From an uncultured Candidatus Bathyarchaeia archaeon (GTDB lineage: Archaea > Thermoproteota > Bathyarchaeia > TCS64), in assembly GCA_964485755.1 (NCBI GenBank), contig CAZAKG010000003.1, positions 1 to 42,789 on the forward strand: a DNA stretch of 42,789 nucleotides. Direction: 5' to 3'. The translations under genes were made by a program, and so were the position numbers. The notes below the pieces were generated by a model. The model was not told the DNA's origin and made no database searches. It worked only from the letters and a program-made list of their open reading frames with translations. Of the stretch, positions 17,239 to 26,137 are shown one piece after another (position 1 is the first letter of the stretch; the number at the start of each line of letters is the position of its first letter).

Positions 17239-17898
17239 GTGAAGCTCAGACTAGACCTACACATCCACACAGAACACTCACCAGACGGCTTCAACACCCC
17301 CAAAGACATCACCACCCAACTAAAGAAACAAGACCTAGACGGCTACGCCGTCACAGACCACGACACCCTCACCGGCATCCAAGACGCAACAGCCAACAAC
17401 GACAACCTGATCGTGATACCCGGCGTAGAGATCACAGCACACGGAGCCCACATAATAGCCCTCCAACCCACAGAGCCCATACCCCAGAACCTCAGCGTAT
17501 CCGAGACCGTGGACATCATCCACGCCCAAGGAGCCACAGCCATACTCGCCCACCCATACGGACTACCCAGAAGCTGGATCTCCATGAGACACACCAGAGA
17601 CGCCAAGCTCGACGCCGTGGAGGTCTGCAACGCGGCCCAGATCCCATACGGCTACATCAGAGACCTGAACGAAGACCTAGCCAGAAGACTCAGCCTACCA
17701 CAGACAGGAGGAAGCGACTCACACATCCCCGAAACCATCGGCAGAGCCTACACAGAGGTAGAGGCAGAGAACACAGACCCGGACGCCATCATAAAAGCCA
17801 TAAAGAGAGGCGCAACCAGCCCCCACGGCTCAGGCACCAAGATCACAGAGAGACTAGCCAAACTACTAAAAAAGAAAAAGAGGAAGAACGAGGCTTAA
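17239..17898 (+). CDS. PHP-domain metal-dependent phosphoesterase.
   Basis: 219 aa with a GTG start. LDLHIHTEHSPDG, VTDHDT, AHPY, and GGSDSH. This is the PHP ligand pattern. The sense strand is extremely T-poor. Confidence 0.8.
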   Translation: MKLRLDLHIHTEHSPDGFNTPKDITTQLKKQDLDGYAVTDHDTLTGIQDATANNDNLIVIPGVEITAHGAHIIALQPTEPIPQNLSVSETVDIIHAQGATAILAHPYGLPRSWISMRHTRDAKLDAVEVCNAAQIPYGYIRDLNEDLARRLSLPQTGGSDSHIPETIGRAYTEVEAENTDPDAIIKAIKRGATSPHGSGTKITERLAKLLKKKKRKNEA

Positions 17899-18152
17899 CT
17901 CTTCCAGCTGGACTCCATGTCATAGAGGTCCACACCAAGGTCGTAGCGGACCTCAGGCCCCGCGAAGGGCTCCATGTTAAACAGCTTAACCTCCTCCAAC
18001 TCCAAGCCTCCGAGCCGCCGGCGGGGCCTCACACCTATGACTGTGAGCGCACTGTGGCCCAAGTCGGCGCGCGAACGCTCAAGCCCCTCCACGTCTAGCT
18101 CTTCAAGGGTCCAGTTAACGGCCCTCTCCATCAGAACCATGTCCCTACTCAC
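17895..18152 (-). CDS. Hypothetical protein.
   Basis: 85-aa ORF convergent with the PHP gene, overlapping its stop by 4 nt. No family recognised. Confidence 0.35.
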   Translation of the reverse strand: MSRDMVLMERAVNWTLEELDVEGLERSRADLGHSALTVIGVRPRRRLGGLELEEVKLFNMEPFAGPEVRYDLGVDLYDMESSWKS

Positions 18153-18595
18153 TCCCCCATTCCGCCAATCAGACTTATTATCCTACACACACCAGCTTTG
18201 TCTCATTTAGGCGTGTGCATCGGCGTTGCTACTGGAATATGTGATAAATCTAATAACATCTGGGAATGGCGGTACAATCATTATTTACACGGAAAGGTCA
18301 AGTTGCCATCATTTATGGAGAACAAATTATATTACTTTCATTTCATGAGAGCAACCAATCAAAGTAAACCTCGTAACACACCCCTCGATAATGACTCAAA
18401 ACAGTAAAAAAATGACGAAAAAGCGACCTCAATTAATAGAAAAAAATCAATGGTTTACGCTTAGGCAGCATAACCTAATTTAAATCCATCGACGAAAAAT
18501 GGAAGGCTCCACGAACCCAAGAAACGCAAACATATAAAAACCGTCTCTTTCGCACCGTTTAATTACCGCCAAACCAACCACATGGAGAGCATCCG

Positions 18596-19870
18596 ATGCC
18601 GAGCGTCTACATAAAAGCCTACGGCTGCAGCGCCAACACTGCGGACGCCGAGATAGCCAAAGGGGTGCTCACAGAGAACGGCTACACGATGGTCAACAGC
18701 CAACGCGCATCAGACCTCAACATGCTGGTGACGTGCATCGTCAAGACCCCCACGGAGCAGAAGATCACCAAGCAGATCCGGCAGCTGTCCTTCACCGGCA
18801 CACCCCTCATCGTCGCAGGGTGCATGCCAAAGGCTATGAAGGACCACGTTGAGGCGGTTGCCCCAGGTGCCAGCATGGTTGGCCCGGACGATCTGGGACG
18901 CGTCGTCGAGGCGGTGGCCAGGACTCTGGAGGGTGAACGCGTCGTGTACGTGGACGGGGCGCCCACCGACAGGACGTGTCTCCCCAGGGTCAGAGCGAAC
19001 AGGCTGGTCCATATTGCCCCGGTGTGCACGGGCTGCCTGGGCAACTGCAGCTACTGCATAGTGAAGTATGCGAGGGGGCGCCTCCACTCGTTCCCAGCCG
19101 AGCACATAGTGCAAGATGTCGAGGCGGCTGTCAGGGACGGGTGCAGGGAGGTCTGGGTCACGGCCGAGGACACGGCGGCATACAGAGACGGCGAAAAGCG
19201 TCTCCCCCAGCTACTTGACATGATATCCTCGGTTGGCGGAGACTTCAAGGTGAGGGTGGGGATGATGACCCCCAACCAGGCCCTGCCCATACTGGACGAC
19301 CTGGTGGACGCCTACTCAAGCGACAAGGTCTACAAGTTCCTCCACGTGCCCATCCAGTCCGGCAACGACGAGGTCCTCAGAGCCATGAGGAGGAGGTACA
19401 CCGTCGCAGACTTCAAGGCAATCATAGACAGGTTCCGCGAAGCCTACCCCACGATGGGCGTGTCGACAGACATCATATGCGGCTTCCCCGGGGAAACCCG
19501 CGAACAGTTTAAGGACTCCGTGGCGCTCGTAGGTTGGTTGCAGCCCGATGTCCTCAACATATCTAGGTTCTGGGAGAGGCCCGGCACGGAGGCGGCGGAC
19601 ATGCCGGGTAAGCTGCACGGCAGGGACACCAAGACGCGGTCAAGGGCTCTCACAAACCTGTGGAAGGGGCTGGCTGTGAAGGCCAGCGAGAGGTGGCTCG
19701 AGTGGGAAGGCGAAATACTCCTCACAGAGAAAGGTAAAGGGTCGAGCAAGGTGGGACGCAACTACGCGTACAAGGCCGTGGCGGTGAACACGGAGGCCGA
19801 GCTGGGAGAAACCATACGGGTGAAGGTGACCGGCGCCGGAGTGGGGTTCCTGAAGGCCAAGGCAGTATAG
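18596..19870 (+). CDS. mtaB: Radical-SAM methylthiotransferase, archaeal/eukaryotic MtaB (CDKAL1-like) type (tRNA ms2t6A37).
   Basis: 424 aa. The UPF0004 N-domain (YIKAYGCSANTADAE), the radical-SAM cluster CTGCLGNCSYCIVKYARG, and a C-terminal TRAM-like segment. Confidence 0.88.
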   Translation: MPSVYIKAYGCSANTADAEIAKGVLTENGYTMVNSQRASDLNMLVTCIVKTPTEQKITKQIRQLSFTGTPLIVAGCMPKAMKDHVEAVAPGASMVGPDDLGRVVEAVARTLEGERVVYVDGAPTDRTCLPRVRANRLVHIAPVCTGCLGNCSYCIVKYARGRLHSFPAEHIVQDVEAAVRDGCREVWVTAEDTAAYRDGEKRLPQLLDMISSVGGDFKVRVGMMTPNQALPILDDLVDAYSSDKVYKFLHVPIQSGNDEVLRAMRRRYTVADFKAIIDRFREAYPTMGVSTDIICGFPGETREQFKDSVALVGWLQPDVLNISRFWERPGTEAADMPGKLHGRDTKTRSRALTNLWKGLAVKASERWLEWEGEILLTEKGKGSSKVGRNYAYKAVAVNTEAELGETIRVKVTGAGVGFLKAKAV

Positions 19871-19909
19871 TTTATCCCCTACTTGACCCAGTTTAACCCG
19901 TGAACATGG

Positions 19910-21397
19910 ATGAGGATAGCTGTAGCGTCCTTCAGTCACGAGACCTGCACGTTCTGCCCCAAGCCCACCACTGTTGAGGGCTTCGAGGCGGGAGGCGTCC
20001 TGTACGGTAGAGATGTCCTGGAGTCGGCTCGGGGGATACCCAACTACATTAACGGGTTCATTAAAGCAGCGGATGAGAAGCCAGGCGTCGAGCTTGTGGG
20101 GATCCTTTCAGCCGCGAGGAGCAGGGGCGGCTCAAGCGGGAGCTGGCTCACCAAGGAGTGCTTCGACAAGTACAGCAACGGCATCGCCGACGGCCTGAGG
20201 AAGGCTGGGAAGGTGGACGGTGTGCTCCTGGCTCTCCACGGCGCCATGGCCGCCACGGGCTACATGAAGCCTGAAGCTGAGGTGGTGAGGCGAGTCCGCG
20301 CAGCAGTGGGTGATACGCCCATCATGGTGACCCTGGACCTCCACGCCAACGAGGACCACGAGCTCGTGGATGCGGCCGACGCCGTGTTCATCCTGAAGAC
20401 CTACCCCCACGTGGACAGCGAGGAGGTGGGCTACGAGGCGGCCAAGTGCATGATCCAGACAGTCAAGGGAAAGCTCAGCCCAGTCATGGCCATCAGGAAG
20501 CCGGGCGTCATCACCCCCAGCGTCTACCAGGGTACAGGCGAGTCCCCCGCCAAGGAGATCATGGACAGGGCGCGCATGTGGGAGCGCGAGGAGTCCAGTT
20601 GCATCAACGTGAGCGTGGCCTTCGGCTTCGCATACGCCGACGTGCCTGACGTGGGGGCCACGGTGATGGTAACTACCGATGACGACCTGGAGCTCGCGGA
20701 GAACATAGCGCAGGACATAAGCGACTACATATGGAGCCTGAGGGAGCCCTTCGCTGGAAAGAAGCTGCCCAAGACCAGGGAGGGCGTCGCGGAGGCCATC
20801 GGCCTGGCGAGGAGAGGTAAAACCCCGGTCATATTAGCTGACCACGGCGACCGCACAGGAGACAGCACATGGGTTCTGAGGGAGCTCATCGATCAGGGGG
20901 CAGCCAACTTCTGTTTAGCCACCATAGCGGACGAGAACGCCATAAAACACGTCAAAGAGAAGGCAAAGAAAGGTCAGGACGTGACCGTCAGCGTGGGAGG
21001 CCACGACGACTGCTACTCGGGGGACCCCGTGGAGATCAAGGGAAAGGTGGAGTACCTCGGCGAATGCAGCTTCACGTTGACGGGCCCCATGAGCAGAGGA
21101 GACCGCAGGAAGCTGGGGCTCACAGCCGTCATAGGCTTCGGTAAGAACAACCACGTGATCGTCACACCGACCCTCCACCAGGTGCTGGACGACGCCATCT
21201 TCCCCGCAGTGGGCCTCGACTTGAGCAAACTGGACATAGTCGCCATCAAGTCACGTGTACACTTCAGGGCCTTCTTCAACAAGGCGGCGGGCAGCATAGT
21301 CGTCGTGGACGCCCCGGGGCTCGGCCCCGCGGACCTATCCCAGCTGAAGTACGTGAACATCCCCGGGGGCCTCTACCCCCTCTCCAAGAAGCGATGA
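19910..21397 (+). CDS. M81-family metallopeptidase (MlrC / DUF1485-like).
   Basis: 495 aa. MRIAVASFSHETCTFCP at the N-terminus, ...LALHGAM..., and LDLHAN. This is the typical MlrC family layout. Confidence 0.82.
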   Translation: MRIAVASFSHETCTFCPKPTTVEGFEAGGVLYGRDVLESARGIPNYINGFIKAADEKPGVELVGILSAARSRGGSSGSWLTKECFDKYSNGIADGLRKAGKVDGVLLALHGAMAATGYMKPEAEVVRRVRAAVGDTPIMVTLDLHANEDHELVDAADAVFILKTYPHVDSEEVGYEAAKCMIQTVKGKLSPVMAIRKPGVITPSVYQGTGESPAKEIMDRARMWEREESSCINVSVAFGFAYADVPDVGATVMVTTDDDLELAENIAQDISDYIWSLREPFAGKKLPKTREGVAEAIGLARRGKTPVILADHGDRTGDSTWVLRELIDQGAANFCLATIADENAIKHVKEKAKKGQDVTVSVGGHDDCYSGDPVEIKGKVEYLGECSFTLTGPMSRGDRRKLGLTAVIGFGKNNHVIVTPTLHQVLDDAIFPAVGLDLSKLDIVAIKSRVHFRAFFNKAAGSIVVVDAPGLGPADLSQLKYVNIPGGLYPLSKKR

Positions 21398-21412
21398 AAA
21401 AAGGGGCTGTGG

Positions 21413-21769
21413 CTAGAAGGGCAGACCGTACCCCCCAAGGCTCACACCGAACAAGACCCCCACGATCACCAGCACCACAGCCATGACGATCACGGCGACT
21501 ATGGAGATCACGACGGCGTTGCCCCACCCGGTCTCGTAGTACGTCTTCACCAAATAGAGGTACGCGACGAGCTGGGCGAGGCTGCCCACCGCCCCGCCCA
21601 CCAGTGAGCCTATGACGGCGTTTACCACGGTGCCTAGGACGCCTATCCAGACGGCGTCCGTGAACTTGGCCTTCTGGCCGCCGACGATCCACTTACCGGC
21701 CAACCAGAGGAAGGGGGCCGTGACGAGGCTTCCGATGACCACGCTTATCAGTACACCCACGATGTTCAA
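21413..21769 (-). CDS. Small integral membrane protein.
   Basis: 118 aa with 3-4 hydrophobic helices. No family recognised. Confidence 0.6.
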   Translation of the reverse strand: MNIVGVLISVVIGSLVTAPFLWLAGKWIVGGQKAKFTDAVWIGVLGTVVNAVIGSLVGGAVGSLAQLVAYLYLVKTYYETGWGNAVVISIVAVIVMAVVLVIVGVLFGVSLGGYGLPF

Positions 21770-21811
21770 GTTTTCACCTAGTCTGAAGATGCAGCTCCAC
21801 GGTAATATATT

Positions 21812-23692
21812 TTAATGTCTCAGCCCGTTGACGCCAAAGACGATGGCTATCAGTGCTAGGGCCATGACGGCTATGTTGCCCACCATGTACGTCGTTGCCT
21901 TGGCCTGCTCCACCACGGCGTCGTTGACCTGCACGACGCTCTCGATGTCGGTCGTGGGCAGGAGGTTGGTGAGTGAGGCTGTGTAGACCCCGTTACCCTG
22001 GTACGAGCAGGGCAGGCCGTTCACCACGACCTGGGCGCCGTCCACGGGGGAGTTGTCGGTCTCGTACCTGACGGTCAGGGTCACCTGCACCATGCCGGGT
22101 ATCAGCTGGTTCTCGGTGTGCTCCACCTCGACTGAGTCGAAGTAGTAGGTTCCCTCGGAGCAGGTGAAGCCCTTCAGACCGTACAGGTTGTCTGTTACCT
22201 CGATCACTCTGTATGTTTCGGAGCCGAGTTCGGATGAGAACTCCTTGTCCAGCCTGTATGACCCAGTGAACGGCTCATGGTCGTAGGAGTAGTACGCGTT
22301 CACCTCGGGGCTGCTCTTGGTGCCCAGTATGACCCTCTCCGACGGCGAATCCACATCAAGAGCCACCTGGTCCCAGATCACCTTACACTTGTTGTAGCTC
22401 ACCGAGGTGATGCCGTGTTGACCTGGCTCGACGCCTGTAACCTCGAAGGTGAAGTCCCCCACAGCATCCATGCTGTGGCTGCGAGCGTTAAGCCTCACCA
22501 TGGACGGGTCCAGGGGCCGCCCATCGTAGGCGTAGCGTGCCGAGACCTCCACGTCAATGCTCTCGCCCAGGTCCACCCTGTCGTCCTCGACCGATAGGTC
22601 GACCTGCACCTGGTCCCAGATCATCGGCACGGTGTTTGCCTCGAAGGCGCTCAGGAAGTAGACCATGTCGCTGACCCTTACGACCCTGACGTTGGCTGAC
22701 CCGGGGGTCTCCAGCACAATGGGGTTGAAGTAGATGTCTCCGCTAAACTCCTGCCCGTCGTAGGCGTGGTGAGCCCTGTAGGCCAGGGGGGCCACCTCTC
22801 CCACGTTTATCCTCTCGTCCAGGGCCTCGACCTCAACTATTATCTTGTCGTAGATAGCCTCCACGACGTTGCACGTGAACGCCGTGACGCCGTTCCTCTC
22901 GTCGTCTATCGACTTCACAGTGAACCTGTACTTGCCCACCTCTCCCTTGGTTAGAGTGTCGTTCAGCTCAACGGTGCCTATGAAGGGCGTGGTGTCGTAC
23001 TTGTAGTGGGCCGTGTACGAGATGCTGGCCTCCTCGCCCACGTCGTAGCGGCGCTTATCGCTGTACAGCTGGATCACTACGGTGTCCCATGTGATCTTCA
23101 CAGTGTCGGCCTCGAAGCATTGTATCCCATTGATTGGGTCCGTGATGTAGTCCACGGTGATGCTGTGTTTGCCCACCTTTGTGTAGGGGCCCGTGTGGTT
23201 GAATATGACTTCACCCTTGAATGTCTCGAAGTTGAAGGCGTAGTAGGCGTACCACACGATGGGGGGCTCCTCGCCTACGTTCACCCTCTCGTACTCGGCG
23301 TGCATCTGGACGATGACCTTGTCGAAGACGCATGTCTCCGTCTCGCAGTCCATCTGGAATGAGCGTAGGGTTCCGCCTGACCTCACCGAGCCTATGGTGT
23401 AGTGTCTGTAGGCGAGCTCGGTTGATGTGTCTGTGATCATGTACCAGCCGTTGCCCCAGTCGCTGCACGTGTGACCATCGACGGTGACCGTGGCTCCGGT
23501 GACTGGGGACCTGGTGCTGGTCCAGACCAGCCTGTATCCAACCGTGATCTGGGTGCCTACGTCGACGCGGTCCTTGCTGATGTAGCTCTGGGTGACGGAT
23601 ATCTCGGCGTCTGCCCGTGCGGGCGGTGCGCTGACGGCTAGTAGCAGTACGGCCGCTAATATCACTAGTTTGGGGATGGCTGCTGGGGGCAT
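21812..23692 (-). CDS. Secreted, C-terminally membrane-anchored surface protein built from about 7 tandem beta-sandwich-like repeats.
   Basis: 626 aa. Signal peptide MPPAAIPKLVILAAVLLLAVSAPPARADA and C-terminal TM helix NIAVMALALIAIVFGV. An ~85-90 aa unit of the form (W/Y/F)D.V.[IV]......R[VIY][ND][VL]GE....Y.A.Y.YD...F.G recurs. Confidence 0.8.
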   Translation of the reverse strand: MPPAAIPKLVILAAVLLLAVSAPPARADAEISVTQSYISKDRVDVGTQITVGYRLVWTSTRSPVTGATVTVDGHTCSDWGNGWYMITDTSTELAYRHYTIGSVRSGGTLRSFQMDCETETCVFDKVIVQMHAEYERVNVGEEPPIVWYAYYAFNFETFKGEVIFNHTGPYTKVGKHSITVDYITDPINGIQCFEADTVKITWDTVVIQLYSDKRRYDVGEEASISYTAHYKYDTTPFIGTVELNDTLTKGEVGKYRFTVKSIDDERNGVTAFTCNVVEAIYDKIIVEVEALDERINVGEVAPLAYRAHHAYDGQEFSGDIYFNPIVLETPGSANVRVVRVSDMVYFLSAFEANTVPMIWDQVQVDLSVEDDRVDLGESIDVEVSARYAYDGRPLDPSMVRLNARSHSMDAVGDFTFEVTGVEPGQHGITSVSYNKCKVIWDQVALDVDSPSERVILGTKSSPEVNAYYSYDHEPFTGSYRLDKEFSSELGSETYRVIEVTDNLYGLKGFTCSEGTYYFDSVEVEHTENQLIPGMVQVTLTVRYETDNSPVDGAQVVVNGLPCSYQGNGVYTASLTNLLPTTDIESVVQVNDAVVEQAKATTYMVGNIAVMALALIAIVFGVNGLRH

Positions 23693-23803
23693 ATGTACTC
23701 TTTTTATCGGGCTTTTCCTATAATGATTCGGAAACTTGGATCAGTAGCTGAAGGTTGTTGTCACTGGTATGTAACGGAAAGATGGTTGGGTGATATGGAT
23801 CGG

Positions 23804-24979
23804 TTAAGCGAGGGCTTTTCTCTGGGCGGATAGGAGGGCGTCTATCTCCTGCTCGGTGTTGAAGAAGTGGCATGAGACCCTGATGCCTCCGACGCCGGCG
23901 GCGTATCTGTGGGCGACGATGATCCTCTCCTTCTTCAGCGTCTCGTAGAGTTTCTGGTTCTTCTCGTAGTTGCCCGTGTTGTATGTGACGAGGGCTCCGC
24001 GTCTCTTTGGCTCGTCTGGGGTGTTGATCTTGACGGGGTGCTCCTTGAGGCCGTCTATGAGGTGCTGGCTGAGCCTCATGTTCTTTTTCTCTATGTTGGC
24101 TGCCCCAAGATGGTTGAAGTAGCTGAGGCATGCGTGGAAGCCCCACGTGAACTCTTCGCTGACCAGTCCCTGGTTGTATTTCCGTGCGTCCCGGTACAGT
24201 GGGTGGCTGTAGCTTGCTATGTTGTCGTGGCCGGGTTTCTCCCAGGGGGCTCCGCTCTTGAAGGCTTCCTCGACGTTGCCGTAGTTGCGGTAGGTGGGCT
24301 CGTACTTGTCGTGTAGGCTGCGTTTGACGTAGAGGACGCCTGTCATGGCTGGGCAGCACAGCCATTTTTCGCTGCCGGCGGTGAAGAAGTCCACGTCTGT
24401 TGCGTGGAGGTCTACGTCTATGGCTCCGAGGGCTTGGTAGCCGTCGTCTACGACTAGGGCTCCGTGTTGGTGGGCTGTGTCTGAGATGGCTTTCATGTCG
24501 TATCTGAGGCTGCTGGTCCACTCGACTCTGCTTATGCAGACGACCTTTGTTTTGTCGTCTATTGCTTTCTCGAAGTCGGTTGTGTCTATTATTCCGTCGC
24601 GGTGTTTTATTCGTCTGATCTCTACGCCTTTTGTTTGGTGGGGCATCCAGACGTATACGTTGGACTGGTAGCCGAGGTCTGTGACGACGATGTTGTCGCC
24701 GCGTTTGAGGGGCATCATAGAGCTGACTGTGTTGAGGCCGTGGCTGACCCGGTTGGCCCAGCAGAGCTCGTCTGTGTCGCAGTGGAGTAGTTTGGCTGCT
24801 TCGGCTTGTGCGTCTGGGGGTTTGGTGTCTTCTTCGTTGATTCTGTGTTGCCACCATTGTTCGGTGGCTGTGTGTACTCTTTTGAGGGTTGGGCCGTGGG
24901 CGGCGCTGTTTAGGTATGTTAGTTTTGTTAGGATGGGGAACTCTTCTCTGATCTTCTGTATGTTTCTGTCTATGTCCAT
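23804..24979 (-). CDS. Class-V aminotransferase (cysteine desulfurase / IscS-NifS-like fold).
   Basis: LNSAAHGP near the N-terminus and a PLP-lysine region FTAGSEKWLCCPAMTGVLYV. I place the start at MDIDRNIQKIREEFP (24979), because the 21-codon extension to 25042 in the ORF track lies inside the repeat element. Confidence 0.82.
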   Translation of the reverse strand: MDIDRNIQKIREEFPILTKLTYLNSAAHGPTLKRVHTATEQWWQHRINEEDTKPPDAQAEAAKLLHCDTDELCWANRVSHGLNTVSSMMPLKRGDNIVVTDLGYQSNVYVWMPHQTKGVEIRRIKHRDGIIDTTDFEKAIDDKTKVVCISRVEWTSSLRYDMKAISDTAHQHGALVVDDGYQALGAIDVDLHATDVDFFTAGSEKWLCCPAMTGVLYVKRSLHDKYEPTYRNYGNVEEAFKSGAPWEKPGHDNIASYSHPLYRDARKYNQGLVSEEFTWGFHACLSYFNHLGAANIEKKNMRLSQHLIDGLKEHPVKINTPDEPKRRGALVTYNTGNYEKNQKLYETLKKERIIVAHRYAAGVGGIRVSCHFFNTEQEIDALLSAQRKALA

Positions 24980-24982
24980 GGG

Positions 24983-25228
24983 TATGTGGTTTGTTGTGGG
25001 GGTTTTACGGTTTGCGGTAGGTTTGTTGCGTGCTACTCGCAATTCCAGGAATTTGGGGTGGCTGGGGTTTGTACCCAGTGGGTGGGTATAAGCGTTTTTT
25101 GGGCTGGTTGTCCGGTTTTCCTTGGTTTGTCGTTGCGTGCAGGGTGGGGGGGTGTGTAGTCACCGCCGCCACGATTCACCTTTTTTAGGCTTGTTTTGTG
25201 GAATGGGGGCTTTTTCAGGGTCTTTAGG
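24983..25228 (-). repeat. Copy B of the A/C-rich repeat, inverted relative to copy A, ending just before the aminotransferase start codon.
   Basis: The reverse complement aligns with 17012-17235 (see copy A). It carries an extra internal insertion of about 35 nt (around 25070-25125) and many transition differences. Confidence 0.85.
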
Positions 25229-25442
25229 CGGCGGTGGTCGGTAGTTGGCCATCGCCGCGGGTGTATGCTGGCCGGTAGTTTGTGTTGTTGGGGCGCCTCT
25301 TATGGGCGTCTTTGGGGGTGAGTTTGGCTGGCTCTCAGGTGGTTTGTGTCTGGTTCCGCTGGTGGTAAGTCGAAATAAATCAGGCCGCGTCCTGGGCCTG
25401 TGGTCCGCCTTCTTCGTGTGCTCTATTCGCGCTTCGCCGTAG

Positions 25443-25898
25443 TCAGCTTTTCAGGAAGTCGAATGCGCCTTTCCTCAGGTTGACGCCGTACTCGAGGTAC
25501 GCCTTGAGGCAGGCTAGGAAGTTGGCCCATCCCTCAGTGTTTCCCTTCAGCCACTTGATGCCCGCCTCGTCGTTGTCCATGCTTTTCTCGGTGATCGTCA
25601 CGATGGTCGCGTCGCCGTCTATAGGGGTTAGCGTCATTTCTACTAGGAGGTCTCTGCCGTCCACGTCCCAGTGATAGGATATGTACTTGTCCTTCTCCAT
25701 CTTGCCGACTCGGATGGGGAACTCCGCGTCGAACTCGGGGAAACGCCACCTGATCTGTTTTCCTTCCTCCATTCTCCCGCTGCCCTCTGAGATGAAGTAC
25801 CTGGACATCTTCTTGGGGTCAACGATGGCCTCGTAAACCTCGAGTGAGGGCTTCGATATTTGTAGCGCGACCTTGATTTCAAGGGTTTCTTTTTTCAT
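25443..25898 (-). CDS. SRPBCC-superfamily protein (AHSA1/START-like).
   Basis: 151 aa. ...LEIKVALQISKPSLEVYEAIVDPKKMSRYF... and the C-terminal TEGWANFLACLKAYLEYG are typical of the Aha1-like SRPBCC family. Confidence 0.8.
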   Translation of the reverse strand: MKKETLEIKVALQISKPSLEVYEAIVDPKKMSRYFISEGSGRMEEGKQIRWRFPEFDAEFPIRVGKMEKDKYISYHWDVDGRDLLVEMTLTPIDGDATIVTITEKSMDNDEAGIKWLKGNTEGWANFLACLKAYLEYGVNLRKGAFDFLKS

Positions 25899-26137
25899 GT
25901 TGCATACCTCCGCTGATAGTTGATTTATCGACCAGTATATTAAATCGCATTCGGAAGAGGGTGTGCCTTCGCTGTCAAATCATCAGTAAAACCAGTTGCG
26001 AAGGAACCTGAGCATCTGCCTTCATCGGTGCCTTCTTCATCGAGGAGATTAAATCCTTATTGTACGCGTTTGTGTAATCTCGTTTGTAAAAGATTCTCTT
26101 ATATCAGCCCTAGTAGTGTCTCATCTAGGAGATCGAA

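Noticed and set aside
24980-25042. The 21-codon N-terminal extension of the aminotransferase ORF (MRVARNKPTANRKTPTTNHIP).
   Set aside because: The extension lies entirely inside the repeat element that is also found upstream of the PHP gene, and it is low complexity. The conserved aminotransferase N-terminus begins at MDIDRNIQKIREEFP (24979).
17012-25228. A diversity-generating retroelement (template/variable repeat pair) as the explanation for the two diverged repeat copies.
   Set aside because: No reverse transcriptase is present in the window. Both copies are upstream of genes, not inside a 3' coding end. Mismatches are not restricted to adenine positions: transitions of several kinds and an indel are present.
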